From assembly GCA_965248265.1 (NCBI GenBank), contig CBDFJF010000002.1:96001-160000 (forward strand): a stretch of 64,000 nt of DNA. The letters are read 5' to 3'. Source of the stretch: Candidatus Latescibacterota bacterium. GTDB lineage: Bacteria; Latescibacterota; UBA2968; UBA8231. The translations under genes and the position numbers were made by a program. The notes beneath the pieces are model-generated. The model was given only the letters and a program-made list of their open reading frames with translations. It ran no database searches and was not told where the DNA came from. Shown piece by piece: positions 39,535 to 48,849 of this stretch (within the stretch, counting starts at the first letter, position 1; every line of letters begins with the position of its first letter).

Positions 39535-41385
39535 TCATCGAAGGTGTTCTTCCGTGTACATCGAAAGCTCCACCATTCGTTCCAGAAGCTCAGGCGCTGG
39601 CGTCCCGGGAAAATTCTGTAGAACCAGTTCCTTATTGAACAGCCGGCACACGTATCGCAGTTTGCGAGCCTTCTGACGCGACGCGTAGACGAAGTCTCTA
39701 TGTCCGTTGTTGATGACCACGACATTCTGATCTGCATCGTATCGCGATCGCCAGGGTGCGCCAGGTGAGCGTTCGTATGTGTACCCGGGCAGCCCCTTCT
39801 TGGGCCCCCGGTCATCAGCCAGTTCCGGCACCAGCGACTCGGCTACCGTAACGATCGCCTCGGCTTCACACTCCCTTTCACCTTGGGTCGCAGTTACCTT
39901 CAGTACCGCCATCCCCGGCTCATCCGGCGCCTTGAAGACGGCTAACTCGCCGTCGGTGCTGTCAAGGGTCCCATTTCCCTCCACGATCTGCCAGTAGAAC
40001 TTCAGGTCGGCCTCTACCAGCCGGCTGCCCCGGTCACGACAAATCGTCCGCAGTCCCCTCGTCTCACATACCGGCACGACACAGCTTTTTGGAGATATCA
40101 CTACGCTGTGAAGGGGTCCAGGAAAATCGAAAAACTCCATGGTCGTGGGTTCACTCTGTTGATCCTGTGATCCGACCTCGACTTCCGTGCCCGCCTCGCC
40201 CCCGACCAGCCCCGCGCGCGCCTGGTCTGGAACGGCCAGCGGCCGCTCGAGCCGCTCCCTGCCGTTTCTCCCTGCTCCGGCTCGGATTCCGTACACGTCA
40301 AACCAGTCGTAGTCTTCCTCCGGAAGGGCCAGTAGAGCCTCGCGCAATGCCCGCTGCACGCTCCTGAGCACATCGCGCTGGGTGCGCTCTTCCTGCACAC
40401 GTCGTTGTTCGACCAGGACCTCCATGAGCCTGGCCTCCACCGGCTCGAGAGCAGCACGTAGTCTTTCGAGGGCGTCGTCCCGTACAACACCCTGTCTGGT
40501 GCCGGGAGTGAGGTTGAGAAACGGCACGTCGATGAGACCCTGAAAGCAGCCACTCGTCCAGGGCTCGTGAGTGAATTCATCAATCTCGGCAATATCCTCC
40601 AGAACGCGCGTGCCGTAACGGCAGACACTGACCTTGTGGTCTTCGTTTGCTTCATTCAGGTATAACTCGAGATAGATGTCTCCGGCGTCCACGTCGCCTG
40701 CTGGTAAATCGTGAAGCAGCTGGCCCGAAAACTGACGGGGCTCCACTTTATACTCCGCCCGGGCGGTCCGGTCGACAACGCGGATCACGACTCCCGAACT
40801 GCGAATTCGGTCCCGCAGCTCTGCGGCCAGATAGCGTTGAATGCGGTCGCCTGTCAACTGGCGAATGCCGGAGAGCAACGGATAGATCCTGAGTTCCGTT
40901 CCGGGCATCGGCGCCAGAGTACGCCGCATCGACACCTCGTACTCTGGCGTTCCCTTTCTCATCCGCATCTGGTGGACGCGACCATCCGTACTCGTCGAGG
41001 CCACGGTCAGCTCTTCCCCAACCGTCCAGAAACTGAGCAGCCCTATGCCGAACTCGCCCTGGATACCGGTGACGCCCTCTTTCTTCAACCGTTTTTTGAT
41101 GGAGTCGCAGATGTGTGTGGCGACGTACTTGAAGTCAGGATCACCTTCTATGTTACGCGGAATCCCGTCGCCGTCGTCGGCAATCCCGAGGTAGAATTTT
41201 CCGCGGTCCTTACCGCGGGTGATCACGATGTTGCTGGCCCGGGCATCGATGCTGTTCTCGACGAATTCCGCAACGGACTTTAGCGGATTGGCTTGTGACA
41301 ATGCGATGATGTTGATCGCATTCCAGTCATCTCCAATACGCAGTTTCCCGGCGCCGAGCTGCTTGCGGGTCTGTTTCGGGGGCAT
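39535..41385 (-). CDS. GHKL (Hsp90/MutL/MORC-like) ATPase
   Basis: N-box EFVENSIDA, G1 DDGDGI, G2 GEFGIG, GT motif; S5-like domain; coiled coil; Ig-like segment; C-terminal INNGHRDF. Confidence 0.85.
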   Translation of the reverse strand: MPPKQTRKQLGAGKLRIGDDWNAINIIALSQANPLKSVAEFVENSIDARASNIVITRGKDRGKFYLGIADDGDGIPRNIEGDPDFKYVATHICDSIKKRLKKEGVTGIQGEFGIGLLSFWTVGEELTVASTSTDGRVHQMRMRKGTPEYEVSMRRTLAPMPGTELRIYPLLSGIRQLTGDRIQRYLAAELRDRIRSSGVVIRVVDRTARAEYKVEPRQFSGQLLHDLPAGDVDAGDIYLELYLNEANEDHKVSVCRYGTRVLEDIAEIDEFTHEPWTSGCFQGLIDVPFLNLTPGTRQGVVRDDALERLRAALEPVEARLMEVLVEQRRVQEERTQRDVLRSVQRALREALLALPEEDYDWFDVYGIRAGAGRNGRERLERPLAVPDQARAGLVGGEAGTEVEVGSQDQQSEPTTMEFFDFPGPLHSVVISPKSCVVPVCETRGLRTICRDRGSRLVEADLKFYWQIVEGNGTLDSTDGELAVFKAPDEPGMAVLKVTATQGERECEAEAIVTVAESLVPELADDRGPKKGLPGYTYERSPGAPWRSRYDADQNVVVINNGHRDFVYASRQKARKLRYVCRLFNKELVLQNFPGTPAPELLERMVELSMYTEEHLR

Positions 41386-41451
41386 CCCTCAACCTCGTTG
41401 GGGAAACGGGAGGTCCTTCCGCTGGCCACGGTGGCCCTTTCACTCCCCGAG

Positions 41452-41844
41452 CTACAAGTCGATGACTTTCAATCCCAGGTGAACCTGGAATGGTCCGAAG
41501 TCTCTATCCCTATGAAGCAAGGGAATACCTGTCTGTATGCAGAACGTGGCGATCAAGGAATCAATCGTACTGCGAACGGTGTATCCTCGAGACCGTAGCT
41601 CTCTGAAATTCTGCGCGGACTCGATGGCCAGATCGAGGTTGGTCTCAAATACGCTCAACTTCCTCAGTTCCCTCAGCAACAGGTCAGCTTCTCTGTCAGT
41701 CGAGGCGCCCTGCAGGCATTCACATATGATCAGATCCAGCGTTGCCAGTCGGTCCGTTTCGATCCGCTCGTCGAGCCAATTCGTCTGCGACGTTTCCTTG
41801 CCGCGGAAATAGTCGATCCAAACGGACGTATCGACCAGGGTCAA
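41452..41844 (-). CDS. vapC: PIN-domain ribonuclease toxin
   Basis: LVDTSVWIDYF, ECLQG, STIDSLIA, LLHRDRDF. Confidence 0.95.
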   Translation of the reverse strand: MTLVDTSVWIDYFRGKETSQTNWLDERIETDRLATLDLIICECLQGASTDREADLLLRELRKLSVFETNLDLAIESAQNFRELRSRGYTVRSTIDSLIATFCIQTGIPLLHRDRDFGPFQVHLGLKVIDL

Positions 41845-42038
41845 GTCCTGCTCTTCCGCATCTCGTCGAGGTCACCCACCCAGCTGACCTTCCCCTTCAA
41901 CCGGCGAATGCTGCCCTGAGCGTGAATGTCCACCAGAGCTCTCAATCCTTCTTCAACCACCGCCCGTTTTGTTTTGAGCCCGGTGACCCTCATCGCCCTG
42001 TTCATGAGTTTGTCGTCGATTACGATATTCGTTCTCAT
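41841..42038 (-). CDS. vapB: VapB-family antitoxin
   Basis: MRTNIVIDDKLM...TKRAVVEEGL...WVGDLDEMR; 4-bp overlap with vapC. Confidence 0.93.
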   Translation of the reverse strand: MRTNIVIDDKLMNRAMRVTGLKTKRAVVEEGLRALVDIHAQGSIRRLKGKVSWVGDLDEMRKSRT

Positions 42039-42237
42039 TGCAGGCACCTGCTGGCATGTGTATCGATGTGCTCTTTTTGTGTATGAAGAAGTAGCTGAAT
42101 TTCTCGACGACGGCAACCGCAGGAGTGGTCAAGCTCCACCTCTTGCCTGCCTTTTGCGCGTGCAGTTGTCCGCGGGGGCCAGGCACAACAACCGTCGCGT
42201 CAAAGCCCGACGGCCTCTATAGGCTTTTGGGGTGGGG

Positions 42238-42280
42238 ATTTCACAACCCCCGTCGACGGATGTCGACAGGGGTTATGAGA
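42238..42280 (-). terminator. Long hairpin after the dehydrogenase gene (probable terminator)
   Basis: TCATAACCCCTGTCGAC/GTCGACGGGGGTTGTGA stem with G-U pairs on the minus strand; no clear U-tract. Confidence 0.5.
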
Positions 42281-42311
42281 GCGTGATGCGGACGCCAAAG
42301 GCGTCAGCCGA

Positions 42312-43223
42312 TCACTTCTTCTTCTTGGCCTTACTCGATCGACCTGGGAAGGTCAGTTCAGCGACGCCGGATTTATCCAGCTCGCCTTTACCGATGTCGA
42401 TCATCTTCTTGAACTGAGCCTTGGAAGCCCGCGCCAGCGGCAGGTTGAGGCCCGCTTCCTGCGCGAGCTTCAAGGCGATTCCCGAATCCTTGGCAGCGTG
42501 CGCGGATGAGAAGTAACACTCGTGGTCCCGCACCACCATGTCCTCGCCATCGGTTTCGAGCACTCGTGAGTTGGCCCCGGTCTGTGAGAACACCTCCATT
42601 AGCACGTTCAGATCCAGGCGCAATGCCTTGCCCAGACCCAAGCCCTCAGCGAGGCCGGCCGTGTTGATGTTCATGACCATGTTGACGAGCGCCTTGACCT
42701 GGGCAGCCTTACCGGTACCGCCGATATAGCGCAGCTTGACGCTCATCGCATCGAGGATCGGCTTGACCTTGTCGAAGACTCGACGTTTGCCACCGCACAT
42801 CAGGTATAACGTGCCGTCGCGCGCCTGGGTGATGCTGCTGGCCATGCAGCCCTCGAGCGTCGCAGCCTTGACCTTGGCGGCGCGCTTCTCGACCTCGACA
42901 TGGGTGGCCGGGCCTATCGTGGCGCAATTGATGAAGGTCTTGCCCTTGGCGCCCTTCAGGAGACTGTCCCCACGCCTGGCGAAGATCGAGAGCATGGCCT
43001 TGTCGTCGGTGACCACGGTGATGATGTAATCGGCCGTTGCCGTCACCTCTGCCAGAGTGGATGCTGCTGTCGCGCCAAGTTCCTTGGCCAGGCCCTTTGC
43101 CAGCGGCTTGTGGGCGTCATAGACGACTTTGACGGGGAAGCCGACATCCTTGAGATGACGTGCAATGTTGGCCCCCATGCGGCCGACTCCGACTACACCG
43201 ATTTTGAAATCCCGCTTTGCCAT
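42312..43223 (-). CDS. 3-hydroxyisobutyrate dehydrogenase-family NAD(P)-dependent oxidoreductase
   Basis: GVGRMG, NCATI, variant MASS loop, KALVN catalytic Lys, KDSGIA. Confidence 0.9.
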   Translation of the reverse strand: MAKRDFKIGVVGVGRMGANIARHLKDVGFPVKVVYDAHKPLAKGLAKELGATAASTLAEVTATADYIITVVTDDKAMLSIFARRGDSLLKGAKGKTFINCATIGPATHVEVEKRAAKVKAATLEGCMASSITQARDGTLYLMCGGKRRVFDKVKPILDAMSVKLRYIGGTGKAAQVKALVNMVMNINTAGLAEGLGLGKALRLDLNVLMEVFSQTGANSRVLETDGEDMVVRDHECYFSSAHAAKDSGIALKLAQEAGLNLPLARASKAQFKKMIDIGKGELDKSGVAELTFPGRSSKAKKKK

Positions 43224-43240
43224 GATCTCAATCCACCGCC

Positions 43241-43678
43241 TCAGCCCGTGATGGTCGCGTGCAGCTCGGACCAGTCTTCCAGGTTGTTGAGGTTGACGGC
43301 ATCCAGGATAGAGCCATCGTCGGAGATGCCGGCACCTGAGAGGATCTCGCCACGGGTCTCGTCGTCGTGATTGTAACCACGAATCGCGGCGTTCGAGGCC
43401 TCGACTTCACTGGCGGGAATGCTGCCGCCACGCTGATCCAGGACCCACTGCTCGAACTGTGCATAGGTCGGCTTGCTCGACGTGATGAAGTCGACGGCGC
43501 CGTCGCGATCAACTCCCAATCCGTCCAGAACCATCTGGTCAAAACCCTGGCCACACTCGGCGTATCCGTCAGCCAGCTGACCTGAGGCACTGAGCAGCAC
43601 TTTCGACCACAGGCGGGGCAGATGGATCGCACCGAGGGGTCCTGCAACTTCGGAGCTGATCAGGGGAATGAGTGCCAT
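43241..43678 (-). CDS. DUF5069-like protein
   Basis: PLISSEVAGPLGAIHLPRLWSK...GFDQMVLDGLG...PTYAQFEQW...NNLEDW; GGAGG RBS. Confidence 0.65.
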   Translation of the reverse strand: MALIPLISSEVAGPLGAIHLPRLWSKVLLSASGQLADGYAECGQGFDQMVLDGLGVDRDGAVDFITSSKPTYAQFEQWVLDQRGGSIPASEVEASNAAIRGYNHDDETRGEILSGAGISDDGSILDAVNLNNLEDWSELHATITG

Positions 43679-43893
43679 TTGTAGGTCCTCCTTCATAGTG
43701 TTGAAGCCGACCTCGTGATCGTCAGGGGAGGCTTCAGGTTGAAAGAAACCGGCCATCGTTGGTGATGGCCAGATCAGTGTTCAGGAGGAAAGGACGATAG
43801 GCAATTGATCGGTACCTGGCAAGCAGGGGGCGCGGAGGTGAGCGGAGTGGTACAGGGGGACAGCGGACTGTGCGTAGAATCCTCAGGCGACCC

Positions 43894-44076
43894 CTAGGCA
43901 ACCATGGTCGCGTAACTGGACAATACGATATACCGACAGCCGACTATGGGCAATCCTTGCCGTACGACGAGAAGATGATTCCCTTCATACCCTTCGCGGA
44001 TCTCCTCCACCCTACCGACTATCTCGTCTCGACTACTGGTAAACCTAACCGTATCCCCAGGCTGAAAGCGTTCCAT
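43894..44076 (-). CDS. Small hypothetical protein, KOW/SH3-like beta barrel (60 aa)
   Basis: GAGGAG RBS; FQPGDTVRF...GRVEEI KOW-like pattern. Confidence 0.5.
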   Translation of the reverse strand: MERFQPGDTVRFTSSRDEIVGRVEEIREGYEGNHLLVVRQGLPIVGCRYIVLSSYATMVA

Positions 44077-44160
44077 GCTGGTACATCTCCTCAGTGGCAC
44101 CGCAAGTGGATGTTACCGAGGATTTAGCAAGGCCTGTGCCTGGCGCTCATGAACGGGCGT

Positions 44161-44197
44161 AAAAAAGGAGGCCGGCACAACCCGCGCGCCAGCCTCC
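44161..44197 (-). terminator. Rho-independent terminator of the cox operon
   Basis: GGAGGCTGGCGC/GTGCCGGCCTCC followed by TTTTTT. Confidence 0.85.
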
Positions 44198-44229
44198 GGT
44201 AAACCTGGTTTCAGTTGTTCTGCGATAAT

Positions 44230-45090
44230 CTATGCTGCGGCCACCGCCTCGAGGATGGCTCGCTTCGCGTACACGCGTGCCAATTGCCTGCGATAATCCT
44301 CTCCGGCGAAGGAGTCGCTGAGCATGTCTTGACCCTCAGCGGCCTTGTCTGCCGCCGCTGCTACGGAAGCCTCATCGACACTGCTCCCGCGCAGGGCGTT
44401 TTCGACGCCGTTGTCTCTGAATGCAGCATTGGCGAGGCCGGTGAAACCGATCCGCACGTCGCTGCATTTGCCGCCCTTAACCGTTACCGCTGCTGCACAG
44501 CCGCACACGGCGAACCGCGAGGCCGGGTGGGAAAACTTGAGGTAGCGCGCGCCGGTGTTGGCCTTGGGCGCTGGAATGTTGACGGCGACGATGAGCTCGT
44601 CTTCCTCGAGGCCGGTCATGAACAGATCGACGAAGAAGTCAGCTGCGGCGATGGTGCGTTCGCCTCCAGCACGGCGCACGACCAACTCGGCGTCGACGGC
44701 AAGCAGGGCTGCCGGGTAGTCAGCAGCCGGATCGGCGTGGGCCAGGCTGCCGCCGATGGTGCCGACGTTGCGCACCTGCATGTCGCCGATGGTGGCCGCG
44801 GCCTGGGACAGCAGCGGGGCTCTCTCCTGGATCAGTGCCGAGGACTCGATGCTGTGGTGGGTGGCTCCGGCGCCGACGCTGACGCCACCGGCGTGGTCGC
44901 CGATCTCGCCGAGTTCGGACAAACCGCCGATATCGATGAGCAGCGATGGCGATGAGAGCCGAAGTTTCATCGCTGGCAACAGGCTGTGACCGCCGGCCAG
45001 AATCTGCGCGTCACCGCTGTGTTGTTGCAGCAGGTCGAGGGCCTCATCCAGGGAGCCGGCCCGGCGATAGTCGAATGTTGATGGAATCAT
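44230..45090 (-). CDS. coxM: Molybdenum hydroxylase / CO dehydrogenase-like FAD subunit
   Basis: FDYRRA, LAGGHSLLPAMKLRL, QVRNVGTIGGSLAHADPAAD, DYRRQL. Confidence 0.92.
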   Translation of the reverse strand: MIPSTFDYRRAGSLDEALDLLQQHSGDAQILAGGHSLLPAMKLRLSSPSLLIDIGGLSELGEIGDHAGGVSVGAGATHHSIESSALIQERAPLLSQAAATIGDMQVRNVGTIGGSLAHADPAADYPAALLAVDAELVVRRAGGERTIAAADFFVDLFMTGLEEDELIVAVNIPAPKANTGARYLKFSHPASRFAVCGCAAAVTVKGGKCSDVRIGFTGLANAAFRDNGVENALRGSSVDEASVAAAADKAAEGQDMLSDSFAGEDYRRQLARVYAKRAILEAVAAA

Positions 45091-45110
45091 CTGGAAATCT
45101 CCTGTATAGC

Positions 45111-47483
45111 TCAGTTAGACGCGCTTTGGATAGCCTGCCACACGCGTTGGGGTGTCAGCGGCATCTGCAGATCCCGTACGCCAAGTGACCACAATGCATC
45201 GACAACGGCGTTGACGACGGCCGGGGTCGAACCGATGGTCCCGGTTTCGCCGGCACCCTTCACGCCCAGTGGATTATGTGGGCACGGGGTCACAGTGCGA
45301 TCGGTTTCGAAGGCGGGCAAATCGTCAGCCCGCGGCAATGCGTAATCCATGTAGGATCCGTTGGTAAGCTGGCCATCTTCATCGTAAATGGCTCCCTCCA
45401 TCAGCGCCTGGCCGATGCCGTGGGTGACGCCGCCGTGGACCTGACCGTCGACGATCATCGGATTGACGACGTTGCCGACATCATCGCAGGCAGCGTAACG
45501 GACCAGGGACACCTTTCCGGTTTCGATGTCGACTTCGACAACGGCTATGTGGGCGCCGAAGGGGAAGCAGAAGTTGGCTGGATCGTAGAAACTGGTGAAC
45601 TCCAGACCTGGCTCCAGTCCCTCCGGATAGTTGTGCGGCACATACGCCGTGAGTGCGACATCACCGAAGCCGATCGACTTGTCCGTGCCCTTCACTGTCC
45701 ATTGAGCGTCGGCATACTCGAGATCCTCGGCCGAGGCTTCCAGCAGATGCGCGGCGATCTTGGCACCTTTTTCTTTGATCTTGTCGAGGCTGTTGTTGAT
45801 GGCGACTCCACCAACCGCCAGACTGCGCGAGCCGTAGGTGCCCATGCCGAACGGTACCAGGTCGGTGTCGCCATGGACGATCTCGATATCCTCCATGGGG
45901 ATGCCAAGGCTGTCGGAGACCAGCTGTGAAAAGGTGGTGTCGTGCCCCTGGCCGTGCGAATGGCTGCCGGTGAGCACGGTGACCTTGCCCGTGGGCTGCA
46001 CCCGGACGGCGCCGCTCTCGTAGAGGCCGGCGCGGGCGCCGAGGGATCCGACGACAGCTGAGGGGGCGATGCCGCAGGCTTCGATATAAGTAGACAGCCC
46101 GATACCGATGTAGCGTCCATCCTTGCGCGCGGCTTCTTGTTCCTTGCGCAAGTCATCGTAGCTGACCATCTCCAGGGCCCGGTCGAGGACCGGTTCATAG
46201 TTGCCGCTGTCGTAGACGAGGGCGACTTGAGTCTCGTACCCGGGCTGGTTCACACCGTCGAAAGGCGGGATAAGGTTCCGGCGCCGCAGAGCGGCCGGAT
46301 CTTCATTCATCTCGTGGGCGGCCTGGTCAAACAACCGTTCCAGCATGTAGGTAGCCTCGGGACGTCCGGCTCCGCGCAAGGCGTCGACGGGGACCGTGTT
46401 CGTGAACACGGCCGTGACGTTCACATGGATCGCCGGGGTCGTGTACACACCCTGCAGCAGGGTACCATAGAGGTAGGTCGGCACGCACGGGCCAAACGTC
46501 GACAGGTACGCGCCCATGTTGGCGTGGGTGTCGACCCGCAAGGCCACGACATTGCCGTCCTTGTCGAAGCCCATTTCCGCCTTGGTGGTGTGATCGCGTC
46601 CATGGGCGTCGGTGATGAAGCTCTCGCTGCGTTCGGCGGTCCATTTGACCGGACGGCAAAGCTTCTTCGAGCTCCACATGGTGATGACCTCTTCGGCATA
46701 GTGGAAGATCTTGCTGCCGAAGCCGCCGCCCACATCCGGGGATACCACCCGAACCTTGTGTTCGGGAATGCCCATCACAAACGCGGACATGAGCAATCTG
46801 ATTACGTGGGGGTTCTGTGAGGAAGTGTAGAGGGTATAGTGATCGTCAGCGTCATCGAAATCGCCGATGGCACAACGCGGCTCGATGGCGTTGGGAATCA
46901 ATCGCTGATTGGAGTACTCCAATGTAGTAACGTGATCGGCTGCGGCCATCGCACTGTCTGTCTTTTCCTTGTCCCCCAGCTGCCAGTCGAACGGAATGTT
47001 GTTGGGCACATCTTCGAACAGCTGTGGGGCGCCGTCCACGGTGGCGGCGATGGCGTCGACGACGACATCGAGAACGTCGTAGTTGACCTTCACCAGTTCG
47101 AGGGCGTCCTTCGCTTGCGCCGCGGTTTCGGCGATGACGACGGCGACGGAATCGCCGACGTGGCGGACCTTGCCTACTGCCAGTGGCGGATGCGGCGGCT
47201 CCTTCATGGTGTCGCCGTTCTTGAAGTCGACCTGCCATCCCGCCGGCAGACCACCGACGCCATCGGCCTGCATCTGCTCGCCCGTGAAGACGGCGACGAC
47301 GCCTTCAGCTGCGGCCGCCGCCTTGGTGTCGATGCTCTTGATGTTGGCGTGCGCGTAGGGGCTGCGCACGATCGCGGCAAAGGTCATTTTTGGTAGTACG
47401 ATGTCGTCGGTGTAGCGACCCTTGCCGGTGATGAATTTCTTGTCTTCTACCCGTTTTACCGGTTGTCCCAATACACTGGCCAT
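45111..47483 (-). CDS. coxL: Molybdenum hydroxylase large subunit, form II CoxL-like
   Basis: RVEDKKFITGKG, DVGGGFGSK, ALRGAGRPE (form II-type loop), HGQGH, TYGSRS, KGAGE. Confidence 0.9.
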   Translation of the reverse strand: MASVLGQPVKRVEDKKFITGKGRYTDDIVLPKMTFAAIVRSPYAHANIKSIDTKAAAAAEGVVAVFTGEQMQADGVGGLPAGWQVDFKNGDTMKEPPHPPLAVGKVRHVGDSVAVVIAETAAQAKDALELVKVNYDVLDVVVDAIAATVDGAPQLFEDVPNNIPFDWQLGDKEKTDSAMAAADHVTTLEYSNQRLIPNAIEPRCAIGDFDDADDHYTLYTSSQNPHVIRLLMSAFVMGIPEHKVRVVSPDVGGGFGSKIFHYAEEVITMWSSKKLCRPVKWTAERSESFITDAHGRDHTTKAEMGFDKDGNVVALRVDTHANMGAYLSTFGPCVPTYLYGTLLQGVYTTPAIHVNVTAVFTNTVPVDALRGAGRPEATYMLERLFDQAAHEMNEDPAALRRRNLIPPFDGVNQPGYETQVALVYDSGNYEPVLDRALEMVSYDDLRKEQEAARKDGRYIGIGLSTYIEACGIAPSAVVGSLGARAGLYESGAVRVQPTGKVTVLTGSHSHGQGHDTTFSQLVSDSLGIPMEDIEIVHGDTDLVPFGMGTYGSRSLAVGGVAINNSLDKIKEKGAKIAAHLLEASAEDLEYADAQWTVKGTDKSIGFGDVALTAYVPHNYPEGLEPGLEFTSFYDPANFCFPFGAHIAVVEVDIETGKVSLVRYAACDDVGNVVNPMIVDGQVHGGVTHGIGQALMEGAIYDEDGQLTNGSYMDYALPRADDLPAFETDRTVTPCPHNPLGVKGAGETGTIGSTPAVVNAVVDALWSLGVRDLQMPLTPQRVWQAIQSASN

Positions 47484-47501
47484 TGTTTCGCTCCTCTCCC
47501 T

Positions 47502-47969
47502 CTAGCCCATCTTGGCGGCTGCGTGCTTGACCGATCGCACGATGTTGTCATACCCGGTGCAGCGACAGTAGTTGCCCTCGAGACCATGGCGGATCTCGTC
47601 GTCTGTCGGATCGGGATTGCGCTCGAGCAGCTGCCACGCTGTCATAAGCATGCCGGGCGTGCAGAATCCGCATTGCAGCCCATGTTCCTCACGGAAACCT
47701 TCCTGCAGCGGGTGTAGCTCGCCGTTGGTAGCCAAGCCTTCGACCGTCGTGACTTGGCCGCCGTCGGCTTGTACCGCGAGTACGGTGCAGGCCTTGACGG
47801 CGCGTCCGTTGAGGACGACGGTGCAGGCGCCGCAGTTGCTGGTGTCACAGCCGATGTGGGTGCCAGTCAGGGTCAGCACCTCACGCAGGTACTGCACCAG
47901 CAACATCCTGGGTTCCACTTCGTGCTTGTGGGAATGGCCGTTAACGGTGATTTCGATGGGGATTCCCAT
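47502..47969 (-). CDS. coxS: 2x[2Fe-2S] small subunit
   Basis: [28 protein letters not shown]. Confidence 0.95.
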   Translation of the reverse strand: MGIPIEITVNGHSHKHEVEPRMLLVQYLREVLTLTGTHIGCDTSNCGACTVVLNGRAVKACTVLAVQADGGQVTTVEGLATNGELHPLQEGFREEHGLQCGFCTPGMLMTAWQLLERNPDPTDDEIRHGLEGNYCRCTGYDNIVRSVKHAAAKMG

Positions 47970-48151
47970 GCCTTTCCTCCTGTTCCTGCTTATGAGCCAG
48001 TGGTAAAAGTCCATTTGGGCTGCGGCCGGACCTTGCGACCGACCTCTGCGTTGCACTCGATCGACGAATCTCTGATTCGTCTCACTCGCGCGCCTTGATC
48101 TCGGCCGCAATTGCTCGGCCTCGCCTGCAAAGCGACTCTCACCACGGGCTC

Positions 48152-48586
48152 CTATGTCAGTTCGCGTTCGAGAGCACTAAAAAACTGTTTCGTGAACATG
48201 CGGGCAACACCTGAGATTACTCGTTGACCCATGCGGGCCAGAACACCGTTCATGCGAGCATCGCCCGAAAAATTGACAACCGTGGATCCGTCCTGGCTCT
48301 GAAGATCGAAGCCGCCCTCAGCGGATACCGTGCCGATTTTGCCGTCGACGTTGATCAGCAACGTGTAGCGCTCGGGTGCCACCTTGTCCCTGACCTCGAG
48401 GGTGCCGTCGAAGGCACTCTTGATCGGGCCCATCTTGATATCGAAGATGGCCTGGTACTTGTCTTCCCCCATCGGCTCCAACGAGGTCACGCCTGGCGTG
48501 GCACGGCCCAATACCTGCGGGTCATTCAGGGCCGACCAGACCGTTTCGCGATCAGCCGTGAAGGTGTGTGTGCCTTCTAAATGCAT
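48152..48586 (-). CDS. coxG: CoxG/SRPBCC-family protein
   Basis: [11 protein letters not shown]...[20 protein letters not shown]. Confidence 0.85.
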   Translation of the reverse strand: MHLEGTHTFTADRETVWSALNDPQVLGRATPGVTSLEPMGEDKYQAIFDIKMGPIKSAFDGTLEVRDKVAPERYTLLINVDGKIGTVSAEGGFDLQSQDGSTVVNFSGDARMNGVLARMGQRVISGVARMFTKQFFSALERELT

Positions 48587-48649
48587 GGACGAGTACTCGT
48601 GTCTGCAACAAGGTAAATGGCTAAGGACAATTACCTCTGCGAGGGCATC

Positions 48650-48752
48650 TATATAGATAAATGATCGAGGGCCTGTCAATCGAGTCGTCCAGCACAAGCG
48701 GCTGCCACGAGCGCACGGTAACACTTAATTGTGTTAATTAACAACGTGTTAA
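48650..48752. promoter_or_regulatory. Divergent control region: promoter for coxGSLM and AT-rich palindromic operator candidate
   Basis: Minus strand TTGACA-18-TATATA (48679-48650); perfect palindrome TGTTAATTAACA (48732-48743); GTGTTAA twice. Confidence 0.45.
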
Positions 48753-48849
48753 GGATAGTACGACCAACCTTGAGCGTTGAAGTCGATGCGGACTGCGCAT
48801 ATATTCCGTGATTCTTCCACGCTCAGCTACCTCCTCTGAACAGGCCTTC

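Noticed and set aside
45111-47483. Bona fide form I aerobic CO dehydrogenase
   Set aside because: Lacks the AYxCSFR motif, and gene order is S-L-M rather than M-S-L
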